Positions 1-9,005 of a DNA stretch of 64,000 nucleotides are shown in pieces. The stretch is from an uncultured Phycisphaerales bacterium. GTDB lineage: Bacteria > Planctomycetota > B15-G4 > CAYZWU01. Positions within the stretch are counted from its first letter, which is position 1. The number at the start of each line of letters is the position of its first letter. A program made the position numbers and the translations under genes. The notes under the pieces were generated by a model that did no database searches, was not told where the DNA came from, and was given only the letters and a program-made list of their open reading frames with translations. The DNA lies in assembly GCA_964633825.1 (NCBI GenBank), contig CAZWHE010000002.1, positions 4,653 through 68,652 of the forward strand. Reading direction: 5' to 3'.

Positions 1-712
1 CGGCACAGACGTAGAGGACTACCTGGGCTATTCCGTCTCGGGCGCCGGTGACGTGAACGGCGACGGCTTAGACGACATCATCATCGGAGCGCCCTGGGCC
101 GATCCGGGCGGCAACAATTACGCCGGTTCGGCCTTCGTCCACTCGGGTGCGGACGGAACTCTCCTCCATGAATACAACGGCGCCGCATACGACTACCTGG
201 GCACCTCCGTTTCGGGCGGGGGAGACGTGAACGGAGACGGCCTCGCCGACCTGATCGCCGGGGCGAACGGCGCCGCCCCCAACGGGAACGACGATGCCGG
301 TTCGGCTTTCGTGTTCGGTTACGACACGTTCTTCACTGCTTCTGCGACGAGCATATCCTCCGCCGCGGGCGGCACGGTCGTCTACGCCATGAACTTCCCC
401 GGCTCAGAGGGGAACCGGCAGTATGCCATGCTCGGTTCGGCCGCCGGAACCGGCCCGACCACGATGCAGGGCGTGGACATTCCCCTGACCCAGGACTGGC
501 TCTTTCAAAAGATGGCGAGCGGCAATGCCCCGGGAGCCTTCAGCAATCCTTACGGCGTCCTGGACGGCTCGGGCGGCGGCTCCTGCACACTGACCATTCC
601 GCCGGGAGCCGCTTCATCTTTCATCGGCCGAACACTCTGGTTTGCAACCGTGTCCTATACACCGCCGCTGCGCCTTTCCTCCGCGGCGATGCCGCTGACC
701 ATCGACCCCTAG
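1..712 (+). CDS. FG-GAP (integrin-alpha-like) repeat protein; 5' end runs off the window
   Basis: Repeated 'VNGDGLDDIIIGAP...GSAFVF' FG-GAP/calcium-loop motifs. The reading frame continues upstream of the listed Met to the window edge. Confidence 0.6.
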   Translation, partial: GTDVEDYLGYSVSGAGDVNGDGLDDIIIGAPWADPGGNNYAGSAFVHSGADGTLLHEYNGAAYDYLGTSVSGGGDVNGDGLADLIAGANGAAPNGNDDAGSAFVFGYDTFFTASATSISSAAGGTVVYAMNFPGSEGNRQYAMLGSAAGTGPTTMQGVDIPLTQDWLFQKMASGNAPGAFSNPYGVLDGSGGGSCTLTIPPGAASSFIGRTLWFATVSYTPPLRLSSAAMPLTIDP

Positions 713-734
713 CGGTTTTTTGTGGAGGCGTTTC

Positions 735-1013
735 ATGATCGAACACGTCCGCTATCGAGTGACCGGCCGGGTGCAGGGTGTTTTTTTCCGCGCCTGCACT
801 CAGGACGCGGCGCGCGCCGAAGGCATCACGGGATGGGTGCGCAATCACTCCGACGGCAGCGTAATCGGCGAAGCGTGCGGTGAAACCGGCGCCCTCGACC
901 GATTCATCGCCTGGCTCCACGAAGGTTCGCCTCACAGCCGGGTCGATCGCGTCGAGCTGAAGGAGCGTGAAGAGACGGATGAAGGTCCCGGCTCCTTCGA
1001 GGTCCGTTATTAG
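735..1013 (+). CDS. acyP: Acylphosphatase
   Basis: Both acylphosphatase signatures 'VTGRVQGVFFR' and 'GWVRNHSDGSV' in a ~92 aa protein. A GGAGG sits 7 nt before the ATG at 735; the ORF-track start at 720 is TTG. Confidence 0.8.
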   Translation: MIEHVRYRVTGRVQGVFFRACTQDAARAEGITGWVRNHSDGSVIGEACGETGALDRFIAWLHEGSPHSRVDRVELKEREETDEGPGSFEVRY

Positions 1014-1216
1014 CCGGCTGCGCCGCAGAAAAGGGACAGCCGGCGCGTGTCCCCCACGTGCCGGCTGCCTGGTTTTCCCCTATCCCCTTCCAACTCCCCG
1101 TTTGGGTACTGGAACTTCGCCTTTCCTTATCTCTCTCTATCTATTTCGATCATCCGAGTGTCCTACTTGAGAGATATTCTTGTAACTCCTTAAATGAGGA
1201 AAAATACCTAACCGGG

Positions 1217-1918
1217 TTAATTGCCGAACATTGTGGATGTCGCTCGAACCACCGGAGTCACCCCCACCGGGTCGGGTACGTAGGGGTTTTCCCAGCCGTC
1301 CGTATCATAGGTCGTGTCTCCCAGGGGCAGATAACCCTTCTGAACCAGTGCCTGCAGGATCCATGTCCAATTCGGCAGCAGCGGTTCCGATCCGATGTAT
1401 ACCTCGTTGTAGGACGTGATCGCACTGTTGATGACCTCCAGCTCTTCGACTGTTTTTTCCCTCCGGATATACTCGACGTTCGCCTCGACAAATATATCGT
1501 CGTTCGAATTGAAGACGGCATCGAGCCCGGAGCTCCGCACTTCATACAGCGAAAACCCGAGGGGCCTCGCCCTGTATCTGTTCCCCCATACATCGGTGTC
1601 ATATCCCGCGCCCCCGCTCCATAACACCGATGGACGGGGTAAATAATAGGGCCCCACCCATCCCGAAACGCCGGCAGTGTTGAGCCTGAGCTCGCCCATG
1701 TCTTCCGGAAATATGGAGGTGTCGTGGAAATAGTTTTCGATCCCCGTTCTGATCGCGTCCATCTCGCCGATCTGGACGTTCACCTTCTGCCTCTTGACCT
1801 CGGTGGTCAAGGCAGGAACAGCGATCCCGACCATGATCGACATGATCGAAATAACAACAACAAGCTCAATGAGAGAAAACCCTTTTCGGCTCATGGCCGC
1901 CCCCTGTTCTTTCCTCAT
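1217..1918 (-). CDS. Long GspG-like pseudopilin / type IV pilin-like protein (fourth copy, translationally coupled to GspF)
   Basis: Prepilin N-methylation motif 'GFSLIELVVVISIMSIMVG' and 'DGWENPY' GspG-like motifs. Start/stop overlaps the upstream platform gene. An alternative start at 1894 (MSRKG) follows a GGGGG Shine-Dalgarno. Confidence 0.7.
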   Translation of the reverse strand: MRKEQGAAMSRKGFSLIELVVVISIMSIMVGIAVPALTTEVKRQKVNVQIGEMDAIRTGIENYFHDTSIFPEDMGELRLNTAGVSGWVGPYYLPRPSVLWSGGAGYDTDVWGNRYRARPLGFSLYEVRSSGLDAVFNSNDDIFVEANVEYIRREKTVEELEVINSAITSYNEVYIGSEPLLPNWTWILQALVQKGYLPLGDTTYDTDGWENPYVPDPVGVTPVVRATSTMFGN

Positions 1919-3114
1919 AACGCCTCGTACATGGAGTAAATCGGCATCAAGGCCCCCAAAAGAATGAACCCCACCAGAACACCGGCAAGAATAATTATTG
2001 TGGGTTCGATGAGCGATATCATTTTGCTGACCTTCCTCGGAATCATCCTGTCGAAAAAGTTATAGGCGCAATCCAAGGATTCGACGATTTTTCCCGTTCT
2101 CTCGCCGATGGAAATCATCCTCGTAAAGAGGATGTTCATTCCCGAAAACCTTTCGAACGCCGCGGAAAGCCTGCATCCCTTTGTGATCTGTTCGATCGCA
2201 TCGGCCGTCAGCTTTTCAAAATACATGTTCCCGCTCGCCGTGCCCGATATTTGGATCGACTTGACGATCTCAACCCCCGACGCGATCAGCGTCTTGAAGA
2301 CGACGATAAATCTCGCAAGAGTAATGTCCTGAATAATCGAGCCCAGCACCGGGATTTTGAGCACAAGCCTGTCGATGCCGACCCGGCCCTTCTCGAACCG
2401 CTTGATGATGAAAATGCTTACGGGGACGGCCACGACACAACCGAGCAGGACCATCCAGTTTCCCCTGAGGAAATCGGACGCCGCGATCAGAACCTTCGTA
2501 ATACCGGGCAGCTCGATATCCGATTCGTTGTAAATCCCCATGACCCTGGGCAGCAGGAACGTGAGAAGCAGCACGACGAGACCCGTGACCGCGAAACAGA
2601 GAAAGGCGGGGTAGATCATGACCTGCTTCAGCGTCGATTTAATCTTCGCCTGCCACTCGATCTGCGTTCTCAGCTTGTCCAGAACCAGATCGAGCGCACC
2701 CGTTTCCTCCCCTGCCCTGACAACGTTGACCAGAATCACGCCGAAAAACTTCTGGTGCTCGGCGAGGGCCTCGGAGAGACTCAATCCCTGTTTGACGTTG
2801 ATAAGAACATTCGACAGGACTTTCTTCAGGTTTTCGTTTTTGGCCTGTTCGATGAAATCCTCGAGCGCAACGATCACGGATATTCCCGAGGCGTTTGTGA
2901 TCGAAAGGTAGATCAGGAAATCCGTCAGCTCAGCGACCTTGATCTTTCCGGAGCCGACGAACTTGCCCTTTTCCCCTTTCTTTTCCTTGGCGGCCGCCAG
3001 CACCATCCCTTCCTTTTCGAAGAATTTATCGAGAGCATCCCTGTTGGGAGCAGCACGCTCTCCGCTCTCGACTCCGCCGTTCTCGGATATCACCTTGTAT
3101 TTAAAAACCGGCAT
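1915..3114 (-). CDS. Type II secretion / type IV pilus inner-membrane platform protein (GspF/PilC family)
   Basis: Two tandem GspF domains, predicted TM helices, 399 aa, and a typical N-terminus 'MPVFKYKVISENGG'. Confidence 0.85.
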   Translation of the reverse strand: MPVFKYKVISENGGVESGERAAPNRDALDKFFEKEGMVLAAAKEKKGEKGKFVGSGKIKVAELTDFLIYLSITNASGISVIVALEDFIEQAKNENLKKVLSNVLINVKQGLSLSEALAEHQKFFGVILVNVVRAGEETGALDLVLDKLRTQIEWQAKIKSTLKQVMIYPAFLCFAVTGLVVLLLTFLLPRVMGIYNESDIELPGITKVLIAASDFLRGNWMVLLGCVVAVPVSIFIIKRFEKGRVGIDRLVLKIPVLGSIIQDITLARFIVVFKTLIASGVEIVKSIQISGTASGNMYFEKLTADAIEQITKGCRLSAAFERFSGMNILFTRMISIGERTGKIVESLDCAYNFFDRMIPRKVSKMISLIEPTIIILAGVLVGFILLGALMPIYSMYEAL

Positions 3115-3131
3115 CGAAAAGCCGCACCCCG

Positions 3132-4796
3132 TTACAATTCCGTATCGTTACACACCCTCAACACTTCCGCGATGCTCGTCGTTCCGTTCAGGGCCTTCTT
3201 CTTCCCGTCATCGAGCATGAAACTCATGCCCTTCTCTTTTGCCAGGTCGGTAACGTCCTTGTCGCTGCAATCCCGGGACAGGAGGTCCACAAAATCGTCG
3301 TCCATGACGAAGAGCTCGAAAACCACGGTCCTTCCCGAGTACCCCGTGTTGTGGCAGGCCCCGCACCCTATCCCGCGATAGAGGTTGACCTCTTTACCAT
3401 CGATTCCAAGCCAGTTCCGTTCCGCCTTGGTCGCCGGGTACGGCTCCTTGCATTTGGGACAGATCACTCTGACGAGACGCTGCGCCAGGACCGCCGTCAG
3501 GGTCGACGAGATGAGGTATTTTTCCACTCCTAGATCGTTGAGCCTCCTGATCGACGCGATCGCACTGTTCGTGTGGATACTGGAGAAGACCATGTGCCCG
3601 GTCATGGACGATTTGACGGCGATATCACCCGTCTCGGGATCCCTGATCTCACCCACGAGGATAACGTCCGGGTCCTGCCTCAGAATCGTTCTCAGCCCTT
3701 CCGCAAAGGTGTAGCCGATCTCGTGATCCACCTGGGACTGCCTGATGAGGGGGAGCTTGTATTCGATGGGATCCTCGACGGTGATCACTTTCCTGGCCAG
3801 GGAATCTATCATGAGAATCATGGAATAGAGCGTTGTCGTCTTTCCCGACCCCGTGGGTCCGGACACGAGCAGCATTCCGTGCGACAGGTTGACGATTTTC
3901 GAGACTTTTTCGACGGAATCTTCGTCGACGCCGAGGCTTCTCAAATTGAGATTGACGCTCCCCCTGTCGAGGAGGCGTATAACGATGTTCTCGCCGTAAG
4001 CCGTCGGCATCGTCGAGACACGGAAGTCGACCCTCTGTTTCCCCTTCATTCTGGAAAAACGTCCGTCCTGGGGCCTCCTCCTTTCGGTGATGTCCATGGC
4101 GGATATGAGCTTGAACCTTGTGAGAACCGAGGATGTCGTTTCGTTGGGCAGGCTTTCACCCTGCTGGAGGATGCCGTCCATTCTGTATCGGACGCGCAGC
4201 AGTTTCTCCTCGGGCTCGATGTGAATGTCCGTCGACTGCCTCGCAATCGCCTTGTCGATGATTTCGTCGACCTTGTCGACGGCCGAAAAACCGATCAGCT
4301 CCGGATCGTCGGCTTTCCCCGTCCCATCCTGTTCGTCATCATTTGCCTTGAAGACGGTACCGATCGTTTTGAGGATATCTTCGTTCGTGGCGGCGAGTAT
4401 GTTGATGCTCTTCCCGAAACGCTCCTGAATGGCATCGATTGTAAAGATATTGGATGGGTCCGCCATGGCGACTGTGATGATGCCGCTCTCTTCTTTCCGG
4501 ATGGGAATGAACATGTGCTGCCTGGCGAAAACCTCATCGATCTCGTTGACCAAACCGACATCGAGATCGATATCCTTGATTTTGACAAACTCGACTCCGA
4601 GCTCTTCTGCGATGGTCCTGCTGAGCTTCTCCTCGTCGATAAAGCCCAGATTGATCAGAATCTGACCGAGAGGTTCCTTGACCCTCTTCTGCTCTTTGAG
4701 AGAGATGTCGAGCTGTCTTTTCGTGATGTAGCCCGCCTGAATCAGGCGGTCGCCGATCCTCATTTTTTTTACAGCGGTCTTTTCAACAGTGCCCAT
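3132..4796 (-). CDS. Type II secretion / type IV pilus assembly ATPase (GspE/PilB family)
   Basis: N-terminal GspE_N-like domain, Walker A 'SGPTGSGKTTTL', and a C-terminal tetracysteine 'CPKC...CGAC'. Start chosen at MGTVEK, preceded by GGGGAG. Confidence 0.9.
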   Translation of the reverse strand: MGTVEKTAVKKMRIGDRLIQAGYITKRQLDISLKEQKRVKEPLGQILINLGFIDEEKLSRTIAEELGVEFVKIKDIDLDVGLVNEIDEVFARQHMFIPIRKEESGIITVAMADPSNIFTIDAIQERFGKSINILAATNEDILKTIGTVFKANDDEQDGTGKADDPELIGFSAVDKVDEIIDKAIARQSTDIHIEPEEKLLRVRYRMDGILQQGESLPNETTSSVLTRFKLISAMDITERRRPQDGRFSRMKGKQRVDFRVSTMPTAYGENIVIRLLDRGSVNLNLRSLGVDEDSVEKVSKIVNLSHGMLLVSGPTGSGKTTTLYSMILMIDSLARKVITVEDPIEYKLPLIRQSQVDHEIGYTFAEGLRTILRQDPDVILVGEIRDPETGDIAVKSSMTGHMVFSSIHTNSAIASIRRLNDLGVEKYLISSTLTAVLAQRLVRVICPKCKEPYPATKAERNWLGIDGKEVNLYRGIGCGACHNTGYSGRTVVFELFVMDDDFVDLLSRDCSDKDVTDLAKEKGMSFMLDDGKKKALNGTTSIAEVLRVCNDTEL

Positions 4797-4972
4797 AGTC
4801 TCCCCTCGACAACAATGGTACAACCCCTTTCCGGGCAATCCGTCACTTCTATTTATCGACGTTTGAAAAGGACTCCCTTTAGCCGAATTCACGCGACATT
4901 TGCACATTCCGGCAAAAGATCCTTCCACAGACAGCCTAGACGCACACCGGCCGGAACGATTGATCTCGATCT

Positions 4973-5007
4973 AAAAAAAACCGCCGGTGTCGCAATGACA
5001 CCGGCGG
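4973..5007 (-). terminator. Rho-independent terminator for the secretin-pseudopilin transcript
   Basis: Perfect 11-bp stem 'ccgccggtgtc/gacaccggcgg' with a 5-nt loop, followed on the minus strand by T8. It lies 50 nt downstream of the pseudopilin A stop. Confidence 0.7.
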
Positions 5008-5056
5008 TCCTGCTTGCCGGAAGAATCCCGGCAATTTCTGACTTTCCCCTCAGCTA

Positions 5057-5602
5057 TTACCAGCGTCCTCCTTCACCAACGAACATCCTCAGATAGGAAT
5101 AGCCGTCGTGCCTGATAACTCCCGTGTACCTGTTGCCGTCATCGAGATCCCCGTCGATCCTGTTCAGGATATCGGCGGTGAAATAGTTCCTGACGGTCAG
5201 GAAGACTTCGTTACCCCAGGTTCCGTCGTAGTTGAAGTCCGAGTTGCCCCAGTACTCGTAGTCATAAGTGCCGCCCCAGGGATGGGTCGTCGGCCAATGA
5301 TCGAGATAGGGACCGCTCCACTCGTCGCGATAAGTATAGGGCACGCGACCGTCGGTCATGAGGCCCGGATCTTGGGACGTTCCCACGTCGCTGGGATAGA
5401 CGCCCAGGTCCGCATAGACCGAGCTAATACCCGTTTTGAGCGCGGCGAGTTCGTTTTCGAGTCTGCTGATCTTGGCTTTCTCCACAAGCTTGGTGACCTG
5501 CGGGCTGATGACAGCGGCCAGGATCGACAGAACCGACACAACGATGATCAGCTCGATCAATGAAAAGCCCCCTTCGCTCTTACGCCTCTTCAATCTATTC
5601 AT
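5057..5602 (-). CDS. GspG-like major pseudopilin, tandem copy A
   Basis: Leader 'MNRLKRRKSEGG|FSLIELIIVVSVLSILAAV' and a GspG-like 'HPWGGTYDYEYWG' motif. The C-terminal tail is longer than in GspG. GGAGG RBS. Confidence 0.8.
   Translation of the reverse strand: MNRLKRRKSEGGFSLIELIIVVSVLSILAAVISPQVTKLVEKAKISRLENELAALKTGISSVYADLGVYPSDVGTSQDPGLMTDGRVPYTYRDEWSGPYLDHWPTTHPWGGTYDYEYWGNSDFNYDGTWGNEVFLTVRNYFTADILNRIDGDLDDGNRYTGVIRHDGYSYLRMFVGEGGRW
5492..5558. repeat. 67-bp segment identical to 6195-6261 (pseudopilin A/B N-terminal coding region)
   Basis: Read directly: 'gtgacctgcgggctgatgacagcggccaggatcgacagaaccgacacaacgatgatcagctcgatca' occurs in both genes. A diverged third copy lies near 6940-7010. 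Confidence 0.75.
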
Positions 5603-5758
5603 CTCATTACCTCCATACAACTGTAAAATAACTGACAAGAAGCTCCTTGTTAGCGTCTCGCTCCCCATTCTTCGGAATTTCTGAAAACAAAACTTGACGA
5701 CAAATGCATATTTTCTGCTTTTTTTTAAGTCCGGGATCCGGAGTCTCTGACGGATCAC

Positions 5759-6313
5759 TTACCAGCTTTCACCTTCAGCGATAAACATTCTGAGATAGGA
5801 ATAACCGTCGTGCCTTATGGTCCCTGAATACCTGTTGCCGTCATCGAGATCCTTGTCGATTCTGTTCAGGGTCTCGACGGTTAAATTGTCTCTGACGGTG
5901 ACAAAAGCCTCGTTGCCCCAGGTGCCGTCATAGTTGAAGTCCGAGTTGCCCCAGTACTCGTAATCGTATTCCCCGCCCCAGGGGTGTTCTTCCGGCCAGC
6001 GGTCGATATAAGGGCCGTCCCACTTGTACCTGTGCGGGTAGGGGACGATGCAATCCTCAGCCAGCGCGGGGTCCCGGCCCGATCCCCGCTCGGCGGGAAA
6101 GAGACCTATGTCGGCGTAGATCGCGCCTACAGCCGTTTTGATCGTACTCAGATCGTTCTCGAGGCGGCCGATTTTCGATTTCTCGACGAGTTTCGTGACC
6201 TGCGGGCTGATGACAGCGGCCAGGATCGACAGAACCGACACAACGATGATCAGCTCGATCAGTGAGAATGCCTTCTGGTTTCCGCTCTTCTTTGTTTTCC
6301 CTTTCCCACTCAT
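5759..6313 (-). CDS. GspG-like major pseudopilin, tandem copy B
   Basis: 'MSGKGKTKKSGNQKA|FSLIELIIVVSVLSILAAV' with Ala rather than Gly at -1. It shares the C-terminal 'WGNSDFNYDGTWGNE' and 'DxDDGNRY.G.IRHDGYSYLRMF' motifs with A and C. GGAGG RBS. Confidence 0.8.
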   Translation of the reverse strand: MSGKGKTKKSGNQKAFSLIELIIVVSVLSILAAVISPQVTKLVEKSKIGRLENDLSTIKTAVGAIYADIGLFPAERGSGRDPALAEDCIVPYPHRYKWDGPYIDRWPEEHPWGGEYDYEYWGNSDFNYDGTWGNEAFVTVRDNLTVETLNRIDKDLDDGNRYSGTIRHDGYSYLRMFIAEGESW

Positions 6314-6507
6314 TTTCAGCACCTCCGGATCGTTACGAAAAAGCACCTGAAAATCGATGCGTGCACCTTTCACTTTTCCATTTATTCGAATCATCGGCAG
6401 GAAAGACTTGATCTAAAAATCGGTTTGCCGGCATTTTTTCGGACACGGCCGCTCGCTGACTTCAGAATCCTCGCCGGCTTCTCAGGAACAATGAACGCGC
6501 TCGAGGG

Positions 6508-7050
6508 TTACCACGAAGGACCTTCGGCGAGGTAGTATCTCAAATAAGAACCGCCGTCGTGCCTCAGGTTGCCGCTGTTCCGGTTACCGTCGTCGAGGTC
6601 CTCGTCAATTGCGTCCAGCACGTTGGATGTGAGGTAGTTTCTGGCAATGATGAAAACCTCGTTCCCGTACTGGCGATCGTAATTGAACGCCGACTCGCTC
6701 CCGTACTCAAAATCGTAAGATCCGCCATAGGGATGGCTTTCCGGCCACCGGTCGAGATAAGGGCCTTGCCAATCATCGCGGCGCTGGTAAGGCACTCTCG
6801 AGCTCGACATGAGGCCCGGATCCGCGCTCTGCGGGGCATTGTTGGGGAAAACCCCCATGTCGACGTAAAGCGCACTGACGGCGGTCTTGATTGCCTGAAG
6901 ATCGGTCTCCATCCGGCTGATCTTCGCTTTATCAACAAGCTTGGTGACCTGCGGAGTGACAATGGCGGCCAAAATCGACAGAACCGACACAACGATGATC
7001 AGTTCGATGAGCGAAAATCCCCCTTCATTTCCGCGTTTCATGTCCTTCAT
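6508..7050 (-). CDS. GspG-like major pseudopilin, tandem copy C (more diverged)
   Basis: 'MKDMKRGNEGG|FSLIELIIVVSVLSILAAIV' and 'HPYGGSYDFEYGS'. Start chosen at the Met preceded by GGGAAGG. Confidence 0.75.
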   Translation of the reverse strand: MKDMKRGNEGGFSLIELIIVVSVLSILAAIVTPQVTKLVDKAKISRMETDLQAIKTAVSALYVDMGVFPNNAPQSADPGLMSSSRVPYQRRDDWQGPYLDRWPESHPYGGSYDFEYGSESAFNYDRQYGNEVFIIARNYLTSNVLDAIDEDLDDGNRNSGNLRHDGGSYLRYYLAEGPSW

Positions 7051-7316
7051 TTGCCTTCCCACTTTCGTCTGCTTCCCCATAGAGACATGCACTTCCCAAA
7101 TATTGATTCCTTCCCCGATCCTTTTCGGGGCTTTGCGGACAGAAACTTAATGACAAAGTGATTTTTTTTTATATTTGCAAATAGGTTATTTATGGAAATC
7201 CGATCCGGAACCCGAATGGAGAGACGATTGTTCCATTGCTCTCGGTGTAAGGGGTTAAATATTGGCTGGTTTCGAGAGCAATTTTTCCTGTGTTGCCCGG
7301 GAAGACGGTTTATCGG

Positions 7317-8783
7317 CTACTCTTCACCCTTCTCTTCGTGAGCCTCTCCCTTTTCATTCCTCTTGAGTTTTGCGCGATATTGGGAACTGAAATTCGCCAC
7401 GGCTTGGGAGTCGACGATTCTGGGAGTGATCATGACAACAAGCTCGATCTTGTCCTTGATCTTTGTCACGCCCCGAAAAAGAGCACCGAGAAGGGGAATG
7501 TCCTTCAAAACGGGGATGCCCTTTTCCTCTTCGAAAACATTCTCCTTGATCAACCCACCGATGATGATCGTTTGGCCGTTCTCGGCCTGAAGGGTCGTGA
7601 TGATATGACGGTGGTTGATGACCGGTATCTCCTTGTAGGTATCGACGTGCTCGCTCACATCCTGGTCGATGGTCAGGGAAACGACTCCGCTCTTGATAAT
7701 CGTGGGGGTCACGACCAGCGTGATCCCCACGTCCTTGAATTCGACCTGTTCCACAGTGGAAGAACCGACTCCCGCGCCCACGTCTCCCGTCGTGGTCACC
7801 GTCGATTCCACATAGGGTATCTCTTCGATAATCTCGATTTTGGCTTCATGCTCGTTCTTGGCCATGACCGTGGGGCGGGAAATGATATTGAGCTTCGTCA
7901 GCTTGCTCAGCGTGTTGATTGCTCCGTCGATGTTGGCTTTGTCCCCGGCGATCGTGAAATCCACATCGTGCGTTGTCGTCAACAGCCCAGAAACGAGCGT
8001 CGCCGTTGCATCGTCGACGTGGATATTGTTGAGGTTAATTTGGGTGCCGAACTCGTACAGGTCGGTCAAAGAGAACTCCAGGATCTGAGTCTCTATGAGG
8101 ACCTGCCTTTCGCTCGTGTCCACCGAATTCACGAACTTTCTCACCTTCTTCACCACGCTCCGGGGTGCGGTGACAACGACGATGTTGCTCGATTCGTTGA
8201 CCACGACCGTTCCATCCTCCCCGACAAGGCTCGCGAGGTCTTCGGCGATGTCCTTTGCCGGAATCGATGCGAGCTGGAAGAGCTCGGTCTGACTTTCAGT
8301 CGTGCTGGACCGGGAGACGACGTAGACCCCCTCCTCCTTCTGAACATTGCACTTGTGCACGTAACAGAGAGACGAAAACGCTTTACTGAGATCGACCTGA
8401 TTGAATGATGCTTCGATCCTATCCGAGAAGTCGCCGTCCAGCAGCAGGTTGATGTCCGCCATATCGGCGATCATGTTGACCGCGTTGGCCAGGGTCGCCC
8501 CCCTCAGTTCGAAAGAAAAGACTTCTCCACCCGCGATCGGTATCTCATCCCAGGAGAGAGCTTCCTCCTCTTCCTCGCTTGTGCCGAACGGGCCTGTCGC
8601 GGCCTGTTCATCAATCCCCTTTTCGCTTTCGGATTCACAGTTTTCTTTGAAAGACTCGTGGTACTCGTTGATCCTTCGAGAAAGAATGTCATCCTCGCTG
8701 GACAGGCTCCGGCAGCTTCCTCCCATCAGGAGGAGAAGCAGAAAACCGGATAACGCCAGTATCCGTTTCGCTATTTTCTCCAT
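7317..8783 (-). CDS. Secretin (GspD/PilQ family), short lipoprotein form
   Basis: Signal peptide with Cys ('LLMGGSC'), an N0-like domain, one N domain, and a secretin domain with the C-terminal 'IPVLKDIPLLGALFR...ELVVMITPRIV' motif. Confidence 0.85.
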   Translation of the reverse strand: MEKIAKRILALSGFLLLLLMGGSCRSLSSEDDILSRRINEYHESFKENCESESEKGIDEQAATGPFGTSEEEEEALSWDEIPIAGGEVFSFELRGATLANAVNMIADMADINLLLDGDFSDRIEASFNQVDLSKAFSSLCYVHKCNVQKEEGVYVVSRSSTTESQTELFQLASIPAKDIAEDLASLVGEDGTVVVNESSNIVVVTAPRSVVKKVRKFVNSVDTSERQVLIETQILEFSLTDLYEFGTQINLNNIHVDDATATLVSGLLTTTHDVDFTIAGDKANIDGAINTLSKLTKLNIISRPTVMAKNEHEAKIEIIEEIPYVESTVTTTGDVGAGVGSSTVEQVEFKDVGITLVVTPTIIKSGVVSLTIDQDVSEHVDTYKEIPVINHRHIITTLQAENGQTIIIGGLIKENVFEEEKGIPVLKDIPLLGALFRGVTKIKDKIELVVMITPRIVDSQAVANFSSQYRAKLKRNEKGEAHEEKGEE

Positions 8784-9005
8784 TGAATCACCGCCGCATT
8801 CATAAATGAAATCACCGCTTCAAAAAAGAGATGATCAAACACCGTACAGACGGATCCCGCCCATAAATAACTGCTCCGTCTATCGTCATTAATTCCCGGG
8901 ATAATTAGCATCGATTCATCAAAAATTGATATAAACCTATTCCGATGAATCTGTTGCGGTCAGGACAGCAGGAAAAAAGAAGATGTCCGGCCGGCGATTA
9001 TTCCG

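Noticed and set aside
1021-1060. Terminator after the acylphosphatase gene (GGGACA...TGTCCC inverted repeat).
   Set aside because: The stem is only 6 bp with a 9-nt loop and no following T-run. This is too weak to call.
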